Source: Chloroflexota bacterium
GTDB lineage: Bacteria > Chloroflexota > UBA11872
Length of the DNA: 64,000 nt
Assembly (NCBI GenBank): GCA_963667925.1
Contig: OY764080.1
Location: forward strand, 2,961,310 to 3,025,309
Reading direction: 5' to 3'
The notes below the pieces were generated by a model. The model made no database searches. It saw nothing but the letters and a program-made list of their open reading frames with translations, and was not told where the DNA came from. Positions 17,465 through 27,924 of the stretch are shown piece by piece (position 1 is the first letter of the stretch; each line of letters opens with the position of its first letter). A program made the position numbers and the translations under genes.

Positions 17465-18142
17465 TTACGGCGAACGATTCGCGGCCGCCAAAAGTCGCCA
17501 AGCGAGGGCGACCAAGGCGGCGGCGATGAGTTGGACGAGGATGAAGATGGCGGCGGATTGGGGGGCGATGCCGGCGAAGGTGTCGGTGAAGATGCGGCCG
17601 ATGGCGACGGCGGGGTTGGCGACGCCGGTGGATGAGGTGAAGTAGTAGGCGCCGGCGACGTAGGCGCCGACGGCGCCGGGCAGGTAGTTGTAGGACCTCG
17701 TGGCGACGAGGGTGAAGATGAGGCTGAGGAGGCCGACGGTGGCGACGAGGTCGCCTAGCCAGGTGATGGGGGTGTCGCGGACGGTGCCGGAGATTTCGGC
17801 AAGGGGCAGCCCGAACATGAGGTTGGTGAGGAGGGTGCCGACGATTCCGCCAGCAATCTGGGCCGGGAGGTAGCTGGCAGCTTCACGCCAGGGGAGTTGC
17901 CCGACGGCAGCGGCGGTGAGGGTGACGGCGGGGTTGACGTGGGCGCCGGATACAGGCCGAAGGGCGGCGATGATGGCGGCGAGGGCGAAGCCGGTGACGA
18001 GGGCGTTCTGGAGGAGTTGGAGGCCAGGGTCGGTGGTGAGGCGTTCGGCCATGATTCCAGAGCCGACGATGGCGATGAGGAGCCAGGCGGTGCCGAGGAA
18101 CTCGGCGAGGGTGCGGATTGGGAGGGATGGAGGGGATTTCAT
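17465..18142 (-). CDS. aquaporin / MIP-family channel
   Basis: Two NPA motifs (HVNPAVTL, VANPAVAIGR); likely ATG at 18140-18142 (MKSPPSLPIRT...); the ORF-track extension to 18205 is dubious. Confidence 0.85.
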   Translation of the reverse strand: MKSPPSLPIRTLAEFLGTAWLLIAIVGSGIMAERLTTDPGLQLLQNALVTGFALAAIIAALRPVSGAHVNPAVTLTAAAVGQLPWREAASYLPAQIAGGIVGTLLTNLMFGLPLAEISGTVRDTPITWLGDLVATVGLLSLIFTLVATRSYNYLPGAVGAYVAGAYYFTSSTGVANPAVAIGRIFTDTFAGIAPQSAAIFILVQLIAAALVALAWRLLAAANRSP

Positions 18143-18249
18143 AGAAAGGTACGGAGTGCGAGTGGAGTCGCGACCTTGACGGAATCCCCGCAGGTGATTT
18201 GGCAACGAGTCTTCTGGCGAAGTTGACTGGTGACCCGGGATTGGTTGCG

Positions 18250-18300
18250 CGGAAGACCCTCACCCCAACCCTCTCCCACAGGGAGAGGGGGAAGACAGCG
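18250..18300 (+). repeat. REP-like hairpin repeat (GACCCTCACCCCAACCCTCTCCCACAGGGAGAGGG)
   Basis: 9-bp inverted repeat CCCTCTCCC/GGGAGAGGG around ACAG; read through in the ORF track as ...LTPTLSHRERG. Confidence 0.7.
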
Positions 18301-18344
18301 AACCGGCGCGGGAGGTGGGGCGCTGGTGGGGGATGGTGCGAGAC

Positions 18345-18400
18345 GCTTCGACCGGAAGACCCTCACCCTAACCCTCTCCCACGGGGAGAGGGGAAAGACT
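18345..18400 (+). repeat. REP-like hairpin repeat copy
   Basis: CGCTTCGACCGGAAGACCCTCACCCTAACCCTCTCCCACGGGGAGAGGGG. Confidence 0.7.
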
Positions 18401-18573
18401 GGCACCATGCGGGGAAGTGCGACGGCGGGGGCGGTGGTGCGAGGCATCTCGGCCGAAGGACCTCTCTCCCGCTCGTCGAGGGAAAGTCCGAGGTCAGACG
18501 CAGGAGCGCGGTAGTTTGTCGAGATCTCGCCTGGTTGAAAGCTGGTTGGCCTCGAGCCGCCTATTGGGTGGAC

Positions 18574-19059
18574 ATGCGTCGAAAATACCCGCCGTTCGAG
18601 AAGATTCCGCCCAAGCTGCTTTCGCTGGCACGCTCGCTGCGGAGACGACAGACGGACACCGAACGGGTGATGTGGCAGTTGGTTCGTCGCCGGCAGCTTG
18701 GCGTGAAGTTTCGCCGTCAGCACCCGATTGAGCCCTATGTGCTGGATTTCTACTGCCACGAGTTGGGTCTGGCCGTAGAAGTGGATGGCGCCGGACATAT
18801 GCAGCCGACGAAGCGCGCAGAAGACCGCCAGCGTTCGGCCGCGCTGGAAGCGCTGGGGATTGAGGTGATCCGGTTCACCAACATTGAGGTGCTCCAGGAA
18901 ACGGACGCGGTGGCTGAGGCTCTGTGGCTTGCGTGTGAGGAACGACGTGAGACCTGTGAAGACGCGGAACGGCGGATGGTGGAACTGTGCCATGAGAACG
19001 GGGGCGAAAAGCGCGTGGGGGTGACTCGGAGCGCTTCGACCGGAAGACCCTCACCCTAA
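18574..19059 (+). CDS. DUF559 (Vsr-like endonuclease domain) protein
   Basis: ERVMWQLVRRRQLGVKFRRQHPIEPYVLDFYCHELGLAVEVDGAGH...RSAALEALGIEVIRFTN; likely ATG at 18574; the ORF-track 5' extension and the 3' tail are encoded by REP-like repeats. Confidence 0.6.
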   Translation: MRRKYPPFEKIPPKLLSLARSLRRRQTDTERVMWQLVRRRQLGVKFRRQHPIEPYVLDFYCHELGLAVEVDGAGHMQPTKRAEDRQRSAALEALGIEVIRFTNIEVLQETDAVAEALWLACEERRETCEDAERRMVELCHENGGEKRVGVTRSASTGRPSP

Positions 19060-19092
19060 CCCTCTCCCACGGGGAGAGGGTAAAGATCGGCG
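19030..19092 (+). repeat. REP-like hairpin repeat copy
   Basis: GCGCTTCGACCGGAAGACCCTCACCCTAACCCTCTCCCACGGGGAGAGGGTAAAGATCGG. Confidence 0.7.
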
Positions 19093-19169
19093 TCCAGAAT
19101 GGGGGATTCCGGCCCAGGCGGGAGGTGATGGGGCGGACCTGGTGGGCGGCCAAATGGGGTGGCTGGCTA

Positions 19170-19901
19170 CTAGTCGGATTGCGAGCCGTTGGTTGGGGCG
19201 GGGGTGGGGTCCTGGGGGGTGGGGTCGCCGACGTCGGGCCAGCGTTCGTTGGGGGCGGGGGTTTGGCCGGTGTTGAGGTAGATGACGCGCTCGGCGATGT
19301 TGGTGGCGCGGTCGCCGAGCCGTTCCAGGTTGTGCGCGACCCAGGTGAGCCAAGTGGCGCGCTGGATGTTGCGCGGATCTTCGAACATGTACGTCAGTAG
19401 CTCGCGGTAGACCTGGTCGTAGAGCTGATCGACCTCGTCGTCGGCATGCCAGACCTGGCGTGCGAGGGCGTCGTCGCGCTCGTTGAGGGCGGTGAGGCTG
19501 TTGTGGAGCATGTTGATGGAGATATCGGCCATGCGTGGGATGTCGATCAGCGGCTTGAGCGGGGGCTCATCGCCCATACGAATGCTGATCTTGGCGATGC
19601 CCTCGGCGTAGTCGCCCATGCGTTCCAATTCGGAGGCGACCTGCATGCCGGTGATCAGCCTTCGCAGGTCGCTGGCCATGGGCTGCTGCCTGGCGATGAC
19701 GTCGATGCACAACTCTTCAAGCGCCAGGTAGCGCTCATCGATTTCGTCGTCTTCCTCGACGATGCGGCGGGCAAGTTCCACGTCGCGTGAACGCAGCGAC
19801 TCGATCGAGCGCTTGATCGCCTTTTCCACCATGCTGCCGATGAGCAGGAGCTCGTCCTGCACCTGTTGAAGCTGGCTTTCGTATTCAGTGCGCGGCGACA
19901 T
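19170..19901 (-). CDS. phoU: phosphate-transport system regulator PhoU
   Basis: Two PhoU repeats (ELERMGDYAEGIAK; NLERLGDRATNIAE); true start MSPRTEYES at 19899-19901; the ORF-track extension to 20132 is repeat-encoded. Confidence 0.85.
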   Translation of the reverse strand: MSPRTEYESQLQQVQDELLLIGSMVEKAIKRSIESLRSRDVELARRIVEEDDEIDERYLALEELCIDVIARQQPMASDLRRLITGMQVASELERMGDYAEGIAKISIRMGDEPPLKPLIDIPRMADISINMLHNSLTALNERDDALARQVWHADDEVDQLYDQVYRELLTYMFEDPRNIQRATWLTWVAHNLERLGDRATNIAERVIYLNTGQTPAPNERWPDVGDPTPQDPTPAPTNGSQSD

Positions 19902-19934
19902 GGGACTTCCTCGCTTGGCCGACTTCCAACAGTG

Positions 19935-20100
19935 ACGTTTGCATGACCCGGGGGTGGTTGCCCCGAAGACCTTCACCCCCGGATCGCGTCCGGGGAAGGC
20001 TCCAACCCGCTCCCACGGGAGACATTTGCGTAACCCCGGGGTGGTTGCCCGGAAGACCCTCACCCCAACCCTCTCCCAGAGGGAGAGGGAGAAAGAGCGG
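19935..20100 (+). repeat. two tandem REP-like units (degenerate, then intact: TTTGCGTAACCCCGGGGTGGTTGCCCGGAAGACCCTCACCCCAACCCTCTCCCAGAGGGAGAGGG)
   Basis: Same family as 18250/18345/19030/47440; fills the pstB-phoU intergenic gap; a partial copy follows at about 20130-20165. Confidence 0.65.
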
Positions 20101-20299
20101 CCCCAAGCTTGAGGACCAAGGGTGATTTGCAAAGGTCTCCTCGGGGAGAGGGGGCAAGAGCGGGCGCACTCTCAAGTACCCGGGGCGTTTTGCCGTGGCT
20201 TCTCGGGAGCGACGAGAGATCACGCCTTCGAGGGCGAGGGAGTTATCCAGAGGTCTCGAGCGAGAGCGGAGATATTGCGGCGACATGACGATCTCCGTC

Positions 20300-21130
20300 C
20301 TAGCCGAAGCGGCCGGTGATGTAGGCCTCGGTGCGGGGGTCGGTCGGGGTGGTGAAGAGTTGCTGGGTGTCGTTGAACTCGACGAGGGTGCCGGCTCCGG
20401 ATTCCGCCACCGTGAAGAAGGCCGTACGGTCCGAGATGCGCGCGGCTTGCTGCATGTTGTGGGTGACGATGATGATGGTGAGTTGTTCGCGCAGCTCGCG
20501 AATCAGGTCCTCGATGCGGGTGGTGGCGATGGGGTCGAGGGCCGAGCAGGGCTCGTCCATCAGCAGCACGTCGGGCTGCACGGCCAGGGCGCGGGCGATG
20601 CAGAGGCGTTGCTGCTGACCGCCGGACAAGGCCAACCCGCTTTTCTTGAGGTCGTCCTTGACCTCGTCCCAGAGGGCGGCGCGCTTGAGGGAGGTTTCGA
20701 CAGCTTCGTCCATGTCGCCCTTGTAGCCGTTGACGCGCAGCCCGTAGGCCACGTTGTCGTAGATGGACTTGGGGAAGGGGTTGGGCTTCTGGAAGACCAT
20801 GCCGACCTGGCGGCGGACCTCGACCGGGTCGACCGAGCGGTCGTAGATGTCGCGGTTTCGAAAGATGACGGAGCCGCTAATCCGAGCGGTGGGAATGAGC
20901 TCGTTCATGCGGTTGAAGCAGCGCAGGAAGGTGCTCTTGCCGCAGCCGGAGGGTCCGATGATGGCGGTGACCTCGCGCGGGCGGATTTCACAGTCAACGT
21001 TCTCCAGCACCAACGTGTCGGCGTACCAGAAGTTGAGATTGCGGGTCATCAGGATCACGTCGGATTGCCCGTTTTCCGACGGCGTGACCGTCGATTCGGG
21101 CGCGCGCGCATCGATGCGCAGGTTGATCAC
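20300..21130 (-). CDS. pstB: phosphate ABC transporter ATP-binding protein PstB
   Basis: Walker [13 protein letters not shown] signature LSGGQQQRL, Walker B LLMDEP; typical PstB length. Confidence 0.95.
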   Translation of the reverse strand: MINLRIDARAPESTVTPSENGQSDVILMTRNLNFWYADTLVLENVDCEIRPREVTAIIGPSGCGKSTFLRCFNRMNELIPTARISGSVIFRNRDIYDRSVDPVEVRRQVGMVFQKPNPFPKSIYDNVAYGLRVNGYKGDMDEAVETSLKRAALWDEVKDDLKKSGLALSGGQQQRLCIARALAVQPDVLLMDEPCSALDPIATTRIEDLIRELREQLTIIIVTHNMQQAARISDRTAFFTVAESGAGTLVEFNDTQQLFTTPTDPRTEAYITGRFG

Positions 21131-22026
21131 TGAAGCCTCCTCTGCATGCGGAATCGGAGATAGACCGCGAATGAATTGGCGGTGAGCAGCACGACCAGTA
21201 GAACGACGATTCCGCCCGCCGCAAGGCTATGAAACTCCTTCTGAGGCAGCGACACCCAGTTGAATATCTGGATGGGCAGCACGGTGAAGATGTCCAACGG
21301 CCCGTTGGGATCGAAGGCGACGTAGGTCAGCGCCCCGATGGTGATAAGGGGCGCGGTCTCGCCGATGGCGCGGGCCAGGGCGAGGATGGTGCCGGTGAGA
21401 ATGCCGCCGGAGGCCGAAGGGAGCACGGTCTGGCGAACCATCTGCCAGCGGGTGGCGCCCAGCGCGTAGGAGCCATCGCGCAGCGAGTCCGGCACGGCGC
21501 GGATGGCCTCGCGGGAGGCCACGATGATGAGGGGCAGGATGAGCAGCGCCATGGTCATCGATCCGGCCAGCACCACGCGGCCGAGGGCGAGCCAGCGAAC
21601 GAAGAGACCCAGACCCAGCAGGCCGTAGACGATGCTGGGCACGCCGGCGAGGTTGGCGATGTTGAGCTGGATGAAGCGGGTCAGCCAGTTGTCCGGGGCG
21701 TATTCCTCCAGGTAGATGGCCGCGCCGACGCCGAGCGGGAAGGCAATGATGGCCGTGAAGGCCATCATCCAGAGGCTGCCCAGCAGGGCGGAGCGCAATC
21801 CGGCGTTGTCGGCGATGCGGGACGGGTAGTTGGAGAGGAAGTGCCAGTCCACCTGGCGGGCGCCGTCCGTGAAGATGTCGAACAGCAAGGCCCCGAGCAT
21901 GACGAGGCCCATCAAGGTCGAGACGACGGCGAGGGCGTAGAAGAGCCAGCCGGACCAGCGGCGACGAGCCTGACTGGCACGCCAGACGTCGGGGGACGGA
22001 ACGGCGGCGGTGGCCTGGGCGCTCAT
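21127..22026 (-). CDS. pstA: phosphate ABC transporter permease PstA
   Basis: Six-TM permease with EAA-like ALGATRWQ motif; 4-nt overlaps with pstB and pstC. Confidence 0.9.
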   Translation of the reverse strand: MSAQATAAVPSPDVWRASQARRRWSGWLFYALAVVSTLMGLVMLGALLFDIFTDGARQVDWHFLSNYPSRIADNAGLRSALLGSLWMMAFTAIIAFPLGVGAAIYLEEYAPDNWLTRFIQLNIANLAGVPSIVYGLLGLGLFVRWLALGRVVLAGSMTMALLILPLIIVASREAIRAVPDSLRDGSYALGATRWQMVRQTVLPSASGGILTGTILALARAIGETAPLITIGALTYVAFDPNGPLDIFTVLPIQIFNWVSLPQKEFHSLAAGGIVVLLVVLLTANSFAVYLRFRMQRRLQ

Positions 22027-23063
22027 TCGTAGGCCTCGCGGTAGCGGCGAACCAGCAGGTCGCTGAGGAGATTCATGACGAGGGTCATGACGAAGAGCAG
22101 GGTGCCGACGGCGAAGATGGTGCGGAATTCGATGCCGCCCTGCGGGGTATCACCCAGGCTGGTCTGGACGATGTAGGCGGTCATGGTTTCCATGGAGCGG
22201 AGCAGGTCGAAGCCCAGTTGGGGCTGCAGGCCGGCGGCGATGGCGACGATCATGGTTTCGCCGATGGCGCGTGAGATCGAGAGGATGATGGCGGCGAGGA
22301 TGCCGGAGAGCGCGCCGGGCACGACCACGCGGCTGACGACTTCGAACCTGGTTGCGCCAAGGGCAAAGGCGCCTTCGCGCAGGTCGCGCGGGACGGCGCG
22401 GAGGGCGTCTTCGCTGATGGAGGCCATCATGGGGAGGATCATGAAGCCCATGACGATGCCGGCGCTGGCGACGTTGAAGATCTGCGTCTGGGGAAAGATG
22501 TCTCGAAGAATCGGAGTCACGAACTGGAGGGCGAAGTAGCCGTAGACGACGGTGGGAATCCCCGCCAAGACTTCGAGGACCGGCTTGACGATGCTGCGCA
22601 GGCGGGCGGGGGCGAATTCGCTGAGGAAGATGGCGGTCATTAGCCCGATCGGCACCGCTACCACGATGGCGACCAGGGCGACGACGATGGTGCCGTTGAC
22701 GAGGGGAAGAACCCCGAAGCTCTTGGAGGCGAAGAGGGGGGTCCAGCGGGTGCCGGTGAGGAAGTCCACGATTGGGACTTCGCCGAAGAACTGGATGGTC
22801 TCGCCCAGGAGGGTGATGACGATCCCGGTGGTGGTCAGGACGGAAATGAGCGCGCAGAGGAAGAGCACCACGTGGACGCTGCGCTCGACGAGTTTGCGGC
22901 GGAGCGAATCGCGACGAGAGCCAGCGAACTGACTCTCGTCGCCTTCGTGTGCCGCCGCGTCAGCCGTGGGCTGCGCGCGGGGAAGCGACTTGAGGTTATT
23001 CATGGCGATTTTCGGTCGATGGCGGCTGGCGCATTTCGCGTCCGGCGACGCTTCGGCTTCCAA
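22023..23063 (-). CDS. pstC: phosphate ABC transporter permease PstC
   Basis: Permease with [11 protein letters not shown] motif; operon position. Confidence 0.9.
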   Translation of the reverse strand: MEAEASPDAKCASRHRPKIAMNNLKSLPRAQPTADAAAHEGDESQFAGSRRDSLRRKLVERSVHVVLFLCALISVLTTTGIVITLLGETIQFFGEVPIVDFLTGTRWTPLFASKSFGVLPLVNGTIVVALVAIVVAVPIGLMTAIFLSEFAPARLRSIVKPVLEVLAGIPTVVYGYFALQFVTPILRDIFPQTQIFNVASAGIVMGFMILPMMASISEDALRAVPRDLREGAFALGATRFEVVSRVVVPGALSGILAAIILSISRAIGETMIVAIAAGLQPQLGFDLLRSMETMTAYIVQTSLGDTPQGGIEFRTIFAVGTLLFVMTLVMNLLSDLLVRRYREAYE

Positions 23064-23101
23064 CGAGCCGCGATTCCCGCGCGCGGAATTCCTGCCGGAT
23101 A

Positions 23102-24172
<1,071 letters not shown>

Positions 24173-24325
24173 GAAATGGCCTGCCTCTCTGAAGGACTAT
24201 GCGGTCGAATCGACCAATGAGACGTTAGGGGGTGTGCGTCAACGGGCGGCGCAGCGTGATTAACGGGCGCTTAGCGTTGACTTAGCGGTCGGTGAAGCTG
24301 GCGAAGGCGCTGGCTGCGAGGGTGC

Positions 24326-25738
24326 TCAAGTTTCTGAAGCGACCTGCTGGGGAGCGGCTGTCCGGAGGGGGAGGGCGACGCTGAAGGTTGCTCCACGACC
24401 AAGGCCGGGGGATTCGGCCCAGATGCGTCCGCCGTGCTGGCGGACGGTGTGGCGGGCGATGGAGAGGCCGAGACCGGCGCCGGCGCCACTGCGGGAGGGG
24501 TCAGCTTTGTAGAAGCGTTCGAAGACGCGGTCGAGTTCGTTGAGCGCCAGTCCCGTACCGGTGTCGGAGACGCTGACTATGGCGTCGTCGCCCGTCCGCT
24601 GGGTGGCGACGCGAATGGAGCCTGACGGCGGGGTGAATTTGATGGCGTTGTGGACGAGGCTCATGACGACGCGGGCGGTGCGGTCGGCGTCGGCGTGGAC
24701 CGGGAGGGCTTCACCGTTGGTCACGACGTCTAAGGTGACCTCGTGTCGAGCGGCTTGCGCGCTCAAGCGTTCGGCAGCGGGCGCGACGATCTGATTGAGA
24801 TCCACAGTGGCCAGGTCCAGATCGGCCATGCCGGATTCGATGCGGGCCAGGTCCAGGAGCTCGGCGATTATCTGGCTCATGCGCTCGACTTCGACTTCGA
24901 TTCCGTGGAGGAATTCGTCGCGGCTGGCGGGGTCGTCGGCGGCGCCGTCTTGAAGGGTTTCGACCAACGCTCGGAGAGCCGAGAGGGGCGTGCGGAGTTC
25001 GTGGGAGACGTTGGCGACGAAGTCGCGGCGGACGGTTTCGGTCTGGCGGAGGTCGGTGAGATCGCGGAGCAGGACGAGGCGCTGACGCAGGCCGGGGAGG
25101 CCGAGGGGGACGGCGATGGCGTGGACTTCGCGTTCGGTGGCGCCGACCGATAGCAGGCGGGCGGTGGGCTGCTCGGCGGAGGTGGGCGCGCGGATGAACT
25201 CGACCAGGTCGTTGTCGCGCAGGGCGTCGGCGAGAGAGGCGTGGCCTTCCAGGCGCGCGCGCACATCGAGCATGCCGGCGGCGGCCTGGTTGACGAGGCT
25301 GACGGTGTCGTCGGCTTCGACGATGACGACGCCGTCGGTCATGGAGGCCAGGACGGTTTCGAGGCGTTCCTGGTCGTGTTGGAGGGCGCGGGATTCGGCC
25401 TGGAGGGCGTCGGTGGTTTCGGAGGTTGCCTGGGACAGGTCGCGGATTTCGGGGCCGCCGGTGCGGGGGAATGGTTCCGGGCCCTCCGGGGATAGGAGGC
25501 TCTCGGTCGACCGTCGGACCTGGCGGAGGGCGCGGACTTCGCGGTTCATCAAGCAGGCGGTGAAGCCAGCAGCCAGGGGTGCGCCGAGCACGGCGGCGAG
25601 GACCAGAGCGCCAACCATGCCCTCGCGACCGTCGCCCGATTGGACTGCCAGGACGATTCCGGCGATCAGCAGGGCGGCGAGCACGCCGGTCGCCGCCGCC
25701 AGGGCCGCGCGGGCGCGCAGGCCGCCGGACGGGCGCAT
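24326..25738 (-). CDS. phoR: sensor histidine kinase (PhoR-like)
   Basis: N-terminal TM, HAMP-like linker, HisKA H-box HELRTPLSAL, HATPase_c (G-box GLGLSI). Confidence 0.85.
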   Translation of the reverse strand: MRPSGGLRARAALAAATGVLAALLIAGIVLAVQSGDGREGMVGALVLAAVLGAPLAAGFTACLMNREVRALRQVRRSTESLLSPEGPEPFPRTGGPEIRDLSQATSETTDALQAESRALQHDQERLETVLASMTDGVVIVEADDTVSLVNQAAAGMLDVRARLEGHASLADALRDNDLVEFIRAPTSAEQPTARLLSVGATEREVHAIAVPLGLPGLRQRLVLLRDLTDLRQTETVRRDFVANVSHELRTPLSALRALVETLQDGAADDPASRDEFLHGIEVEVERMSQIIAELLDLARIESGMADLDLATVDLNQIVAPAAERLSAQAARHEVTLDVVTNGEALPVHADADRTARVVMSLVHNAIKFTPPSGSIRVATQRTGDDAIVSVSDTGTGLALNELDRVFERFYKADPSRSGAGAGLGLSIARHTVRQHGGRIWAESPGLGRGATFSVALPLRTAAPQQVASET

Positions 25739-26439
25739 CAGCCGACGAACCGGTAGCCGACGCCGCGGACGGTCTCGATGCGGGCGGGGTTGGAGGGGTC
25801 GTCTTCGATCTTGCGGCGGATGCCGCGTATGTGAACGGGGACGGTGCGGGTGTCGCGGGTGAAGGTGTCGCCCCAGACGTGTTCGAGGAGTTGCTCGGCG
25901 GAGTAGACGCGTTCGCGATTGCGCATGAGGAATTCGAGGAGGTCGAATTCCCTGGGTTTGAGGCGGAGCGGTTGGTCGCGGAGGGTGACCTGGCGGGTGG
26001 CGCGGGAGAGGGTGAGTTCGCCGGCTTCGATAGAGTCGCGGGATGGGGCGTCGGCGTGGCGGATTTCTTCCTGGAGCAGTTCGCGGCGGCGCAGCATGGC
26101 TTTGACGCGGGCAATGAGCTCACGCATGGAGAAGGGCTTGGTCATGTAGTCGTCGGCACCGATTTCGAGGCCGACGACACGGTCGATTTCGTCGTCGCGG
26201 GCGGTGAGCATCAGGACCGGGACGGCGCTGGTGCGGCGGATCTGGCGGCAGACTTCGAAGCCGTCGATGCCGGGGAGCATGAGGTCCAGCACGACCATGT
26301 CGGGCTGAGTCTCCATGGCCAGGTCGAGGGCGCGTTCGCCGTCGGAGGCCGTTTCAACGTCGTAGCCCTGGCGGCGAAGGTTGTAGGCGATGGTGCGGGC
26401 CAGGCTTGCTTCGTCTTCGACGATCAGGACCCGGGCCAC
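25738..26439 (-). CDS. phoB: OmpR/PhoB-family response regulator
   Basis: REC domain (ARVLIVEDE...D...K) plus winged-helix trans_reg_C; likely GTG start giving about 233 aa; the ORF-track extension to 26541 would cover the Pho-box-like repeats. Confidence 0.85.
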   Translation of the reverse strand: MARVLIVEDEASLARTIAYNLRRQGYDVETASDGERALDLAMETQPDMVVLDLMLPGIDGFEVCRQIRRTSAVPVLMLTARDDEIDRVVGLEIGADDYMTKPFSMRELIARVKAMLRRRELLQEEIRHADAPSRDSIEAGELTLSRATRQVTLRDQPLRLKPREFDLLEFLMRNRERVYSAEQLLEHVWGDTFTRDTRTVPVHIRGIRRKIEDDPSNPARIETVRGVGYRFVG

Positions 26440-26534
26440 TGTGTGTCTCCGCGCGCGCCCGGCGGTCGGGCGGGCTGCTTCCGGGTATTCACTATACGCA
26501 GGCCAGGAATGCGGGGACGGGCGGGCACTCCTGT

Positions 26535-26552
26535 TGTTCAACGCCTGTTAAT
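26535..26552. promoter_or_regulatory. Pho-box-like direct repeat TGTTCAA-CGCC-TGTTAAT (7+4+7, 11-bp period)
   Basis: In the divergent phoB (-) / 26662 (+) intergenic region, about 100 bp from either start. Confidence 0.35.
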
Positions 26553-26661
26553 CGGGGAGACGGTGGCGAAAAGGCAGCTACCCCGAAGGGGGGATGCGGG
26601 GCCGAACCGAAGGTCGCGAAAGCTGCCATACTCCCAGGACTCTGCCGGCCGGAGTATTCGC

Positions 26662-27570
26662 GTGTCCCACGTTGCCGCCGACATTCGGCTTAGCCGATTC
26701 AACCCGCTGCCGCGAATCCTGGCGTTTGACGATTTTGACGACGGGCTGCACGGCTGGTGTGAGCTGGTCGGCAATCACAACGGGGATCTGAACGAACTGC
26801 AACCGGTGTTCAGCGACATGCGGCCGGCGCAGCTGAGTACCTGCACGTACTTCGACCTGGGGACGCACGGGTCGGTGGACGGCACGTATTCGATGAAGCT
26901 GGCGACGCGGCCGCGGAAGTTTCACCAGGCGGTGGCGATCAAGCGGTTGACCTCGGCGGCGGATGGGCTGGTGCAGTTCGAGGCCTGGTTTACGTACAAG
27001 GCGGAGCAGACGTTCGGGACACAGGATGCGGGGGCGCGGGCGTGGGACGGGAATTACCACCCATCCGAGGCGCACTTTGGATCGTTCACGCTGTGGAACG
27101 ACATCTGCGAGGGGACCAAGCCGCAGGACCGCTACCAGGCGGCGCTGCGCTACGAGAACACGAACGAAGAAGGGGAGTTCACGCAGCGCTGGCTGTACAA
27201 GACGGGGCTGCACCCGACGACGCGGATGCTGCGGGAAGGGTTCGACTCGAACCAGAACGACGTGCACGTGGCGAAGCCGGACATGTGGGCGCCGATTCCA
27301 GGCGGGGACCAGCAGCTGTGCTTCAACGAGGTGCCGACGAAGGTGAACTGGCACTACCTGCGGTGGCTGTTTGATCTGTCCACGCGGCGGAATACGGAGT
27401 TGCAGGTCAACGACCTGACGATGGACCTGCGGGATATTCCGGTGCTGCGGTTCGAGGAGGGGTACTGGGGCATTAGCCGGCTGCTGAACCTGTGCATGGA
27501 CGTGCGCACCACGAGCAACGTGCGGAACTTCCTGTACCTGGATTCCGTCGTGATCTCGGCGGACTGGTAG
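26662..27570 (+). CDS. conserved hypothetical protein (no recognisable domain)
   Basis: GTG start after the phoB divergent promoter (VSHVAADIRLSRF...); the upstream 360 aa of the ORF-track entry are antisense to phoB/phoR and rejected. Confidence 0.5.
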   Translation: MSHVAADIRLSRFNPLPRILAFDDFDDGLHGWCELVGNHNGDLNELQPVFSDMRPAQLSTCTYFDLGTHGSVDGTYSMKLATRPRKFHQAVAIKRLTSAADGLVQFEAWFTYKAEQTFGTQDAGARAWDGNYHPSEAHFGSFTLWNDICEGTKPQDRYQAALRYENTNEEGEFTQRWLYKTGLHPTTRMLREGFDSNQNDVHVAKPDMWAPIPGGDQQLCFNEVPTKVNWHYLRWLFDLSTRRNTELQVNDLTMDLRDIPVLRFEEGYWGISRLLNLCMDVRTTSNVRNFLYLDSVVISADW

Positions 27571-27576
27571 GCGAGC

Positions 27577-27912
27577 ATGCGGCATTCGTTTACCGCAGTC
27601 ATTGAGAAGAACGCGACGTTTCACGAAGACTTTGAGACGGAGCCGTATGAGTGCGCGTGGGCTTCAGAGGCGCGGTGGTTCGTTCACGTGGCGGAGTTGG
27701 AGGGCGTCGGGGCGAGCCTGAGCGCGAGGGTGCAGGTGTCGCCGGACGGGTTGTTCTGGTGTGATGAGGGGTCGGCGTTCAAGCCGATGTCGGCGCCGGG
27801 GATGAGTTCCCTGGCGGTGCGGGACTTTGGCGGGTGGTTGCGGCTGGATTGCGGGCTGGAGGGGGAGGACCCCAGGGTGCGGTTGATGATCTACCTGGTT
27901 TTGAAGGAATAG
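27577..27912 (+). CDS. hypothetical protein
   Basis: 111-aa ORF 6 nt downstream of the previous gene, same strand. Confidence 0.4.
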   Translation: MRHSFTAVIEKNATFHEDFETEPYECAWASEARWFVHVAELEGVGASLSARVQVSPDGLFWCDEGSAFKPMSAPGMSSLAVRDFGGWLRLDCGLEGEDPRVRLMIYLVLKE

Positions 27913-27924
27913 CAGGCGCGTCCC

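Noticed and set aside
18199-18573. 5' extension of the DUF559 ORF (and 19902-20132 of phoU, 11760-12119 of the sulfatase)
   Set aside because: The extensions are encoded by REP-like hairpin repeats or palindromes (peptides such as KTLTPTLSHRERG). Internal starts with proper N-termini exist.
25579-26661. N-terminal 360 aa of the 663-aa ORF 25579-27570 (and ORF 24711-26123 -)
   Set aside because: They are Arg/Pro/Gly-rich translations running antisense or out of frame through phoR/phoB. The credible gene starts at GTG 26662, after the phoB promoter.
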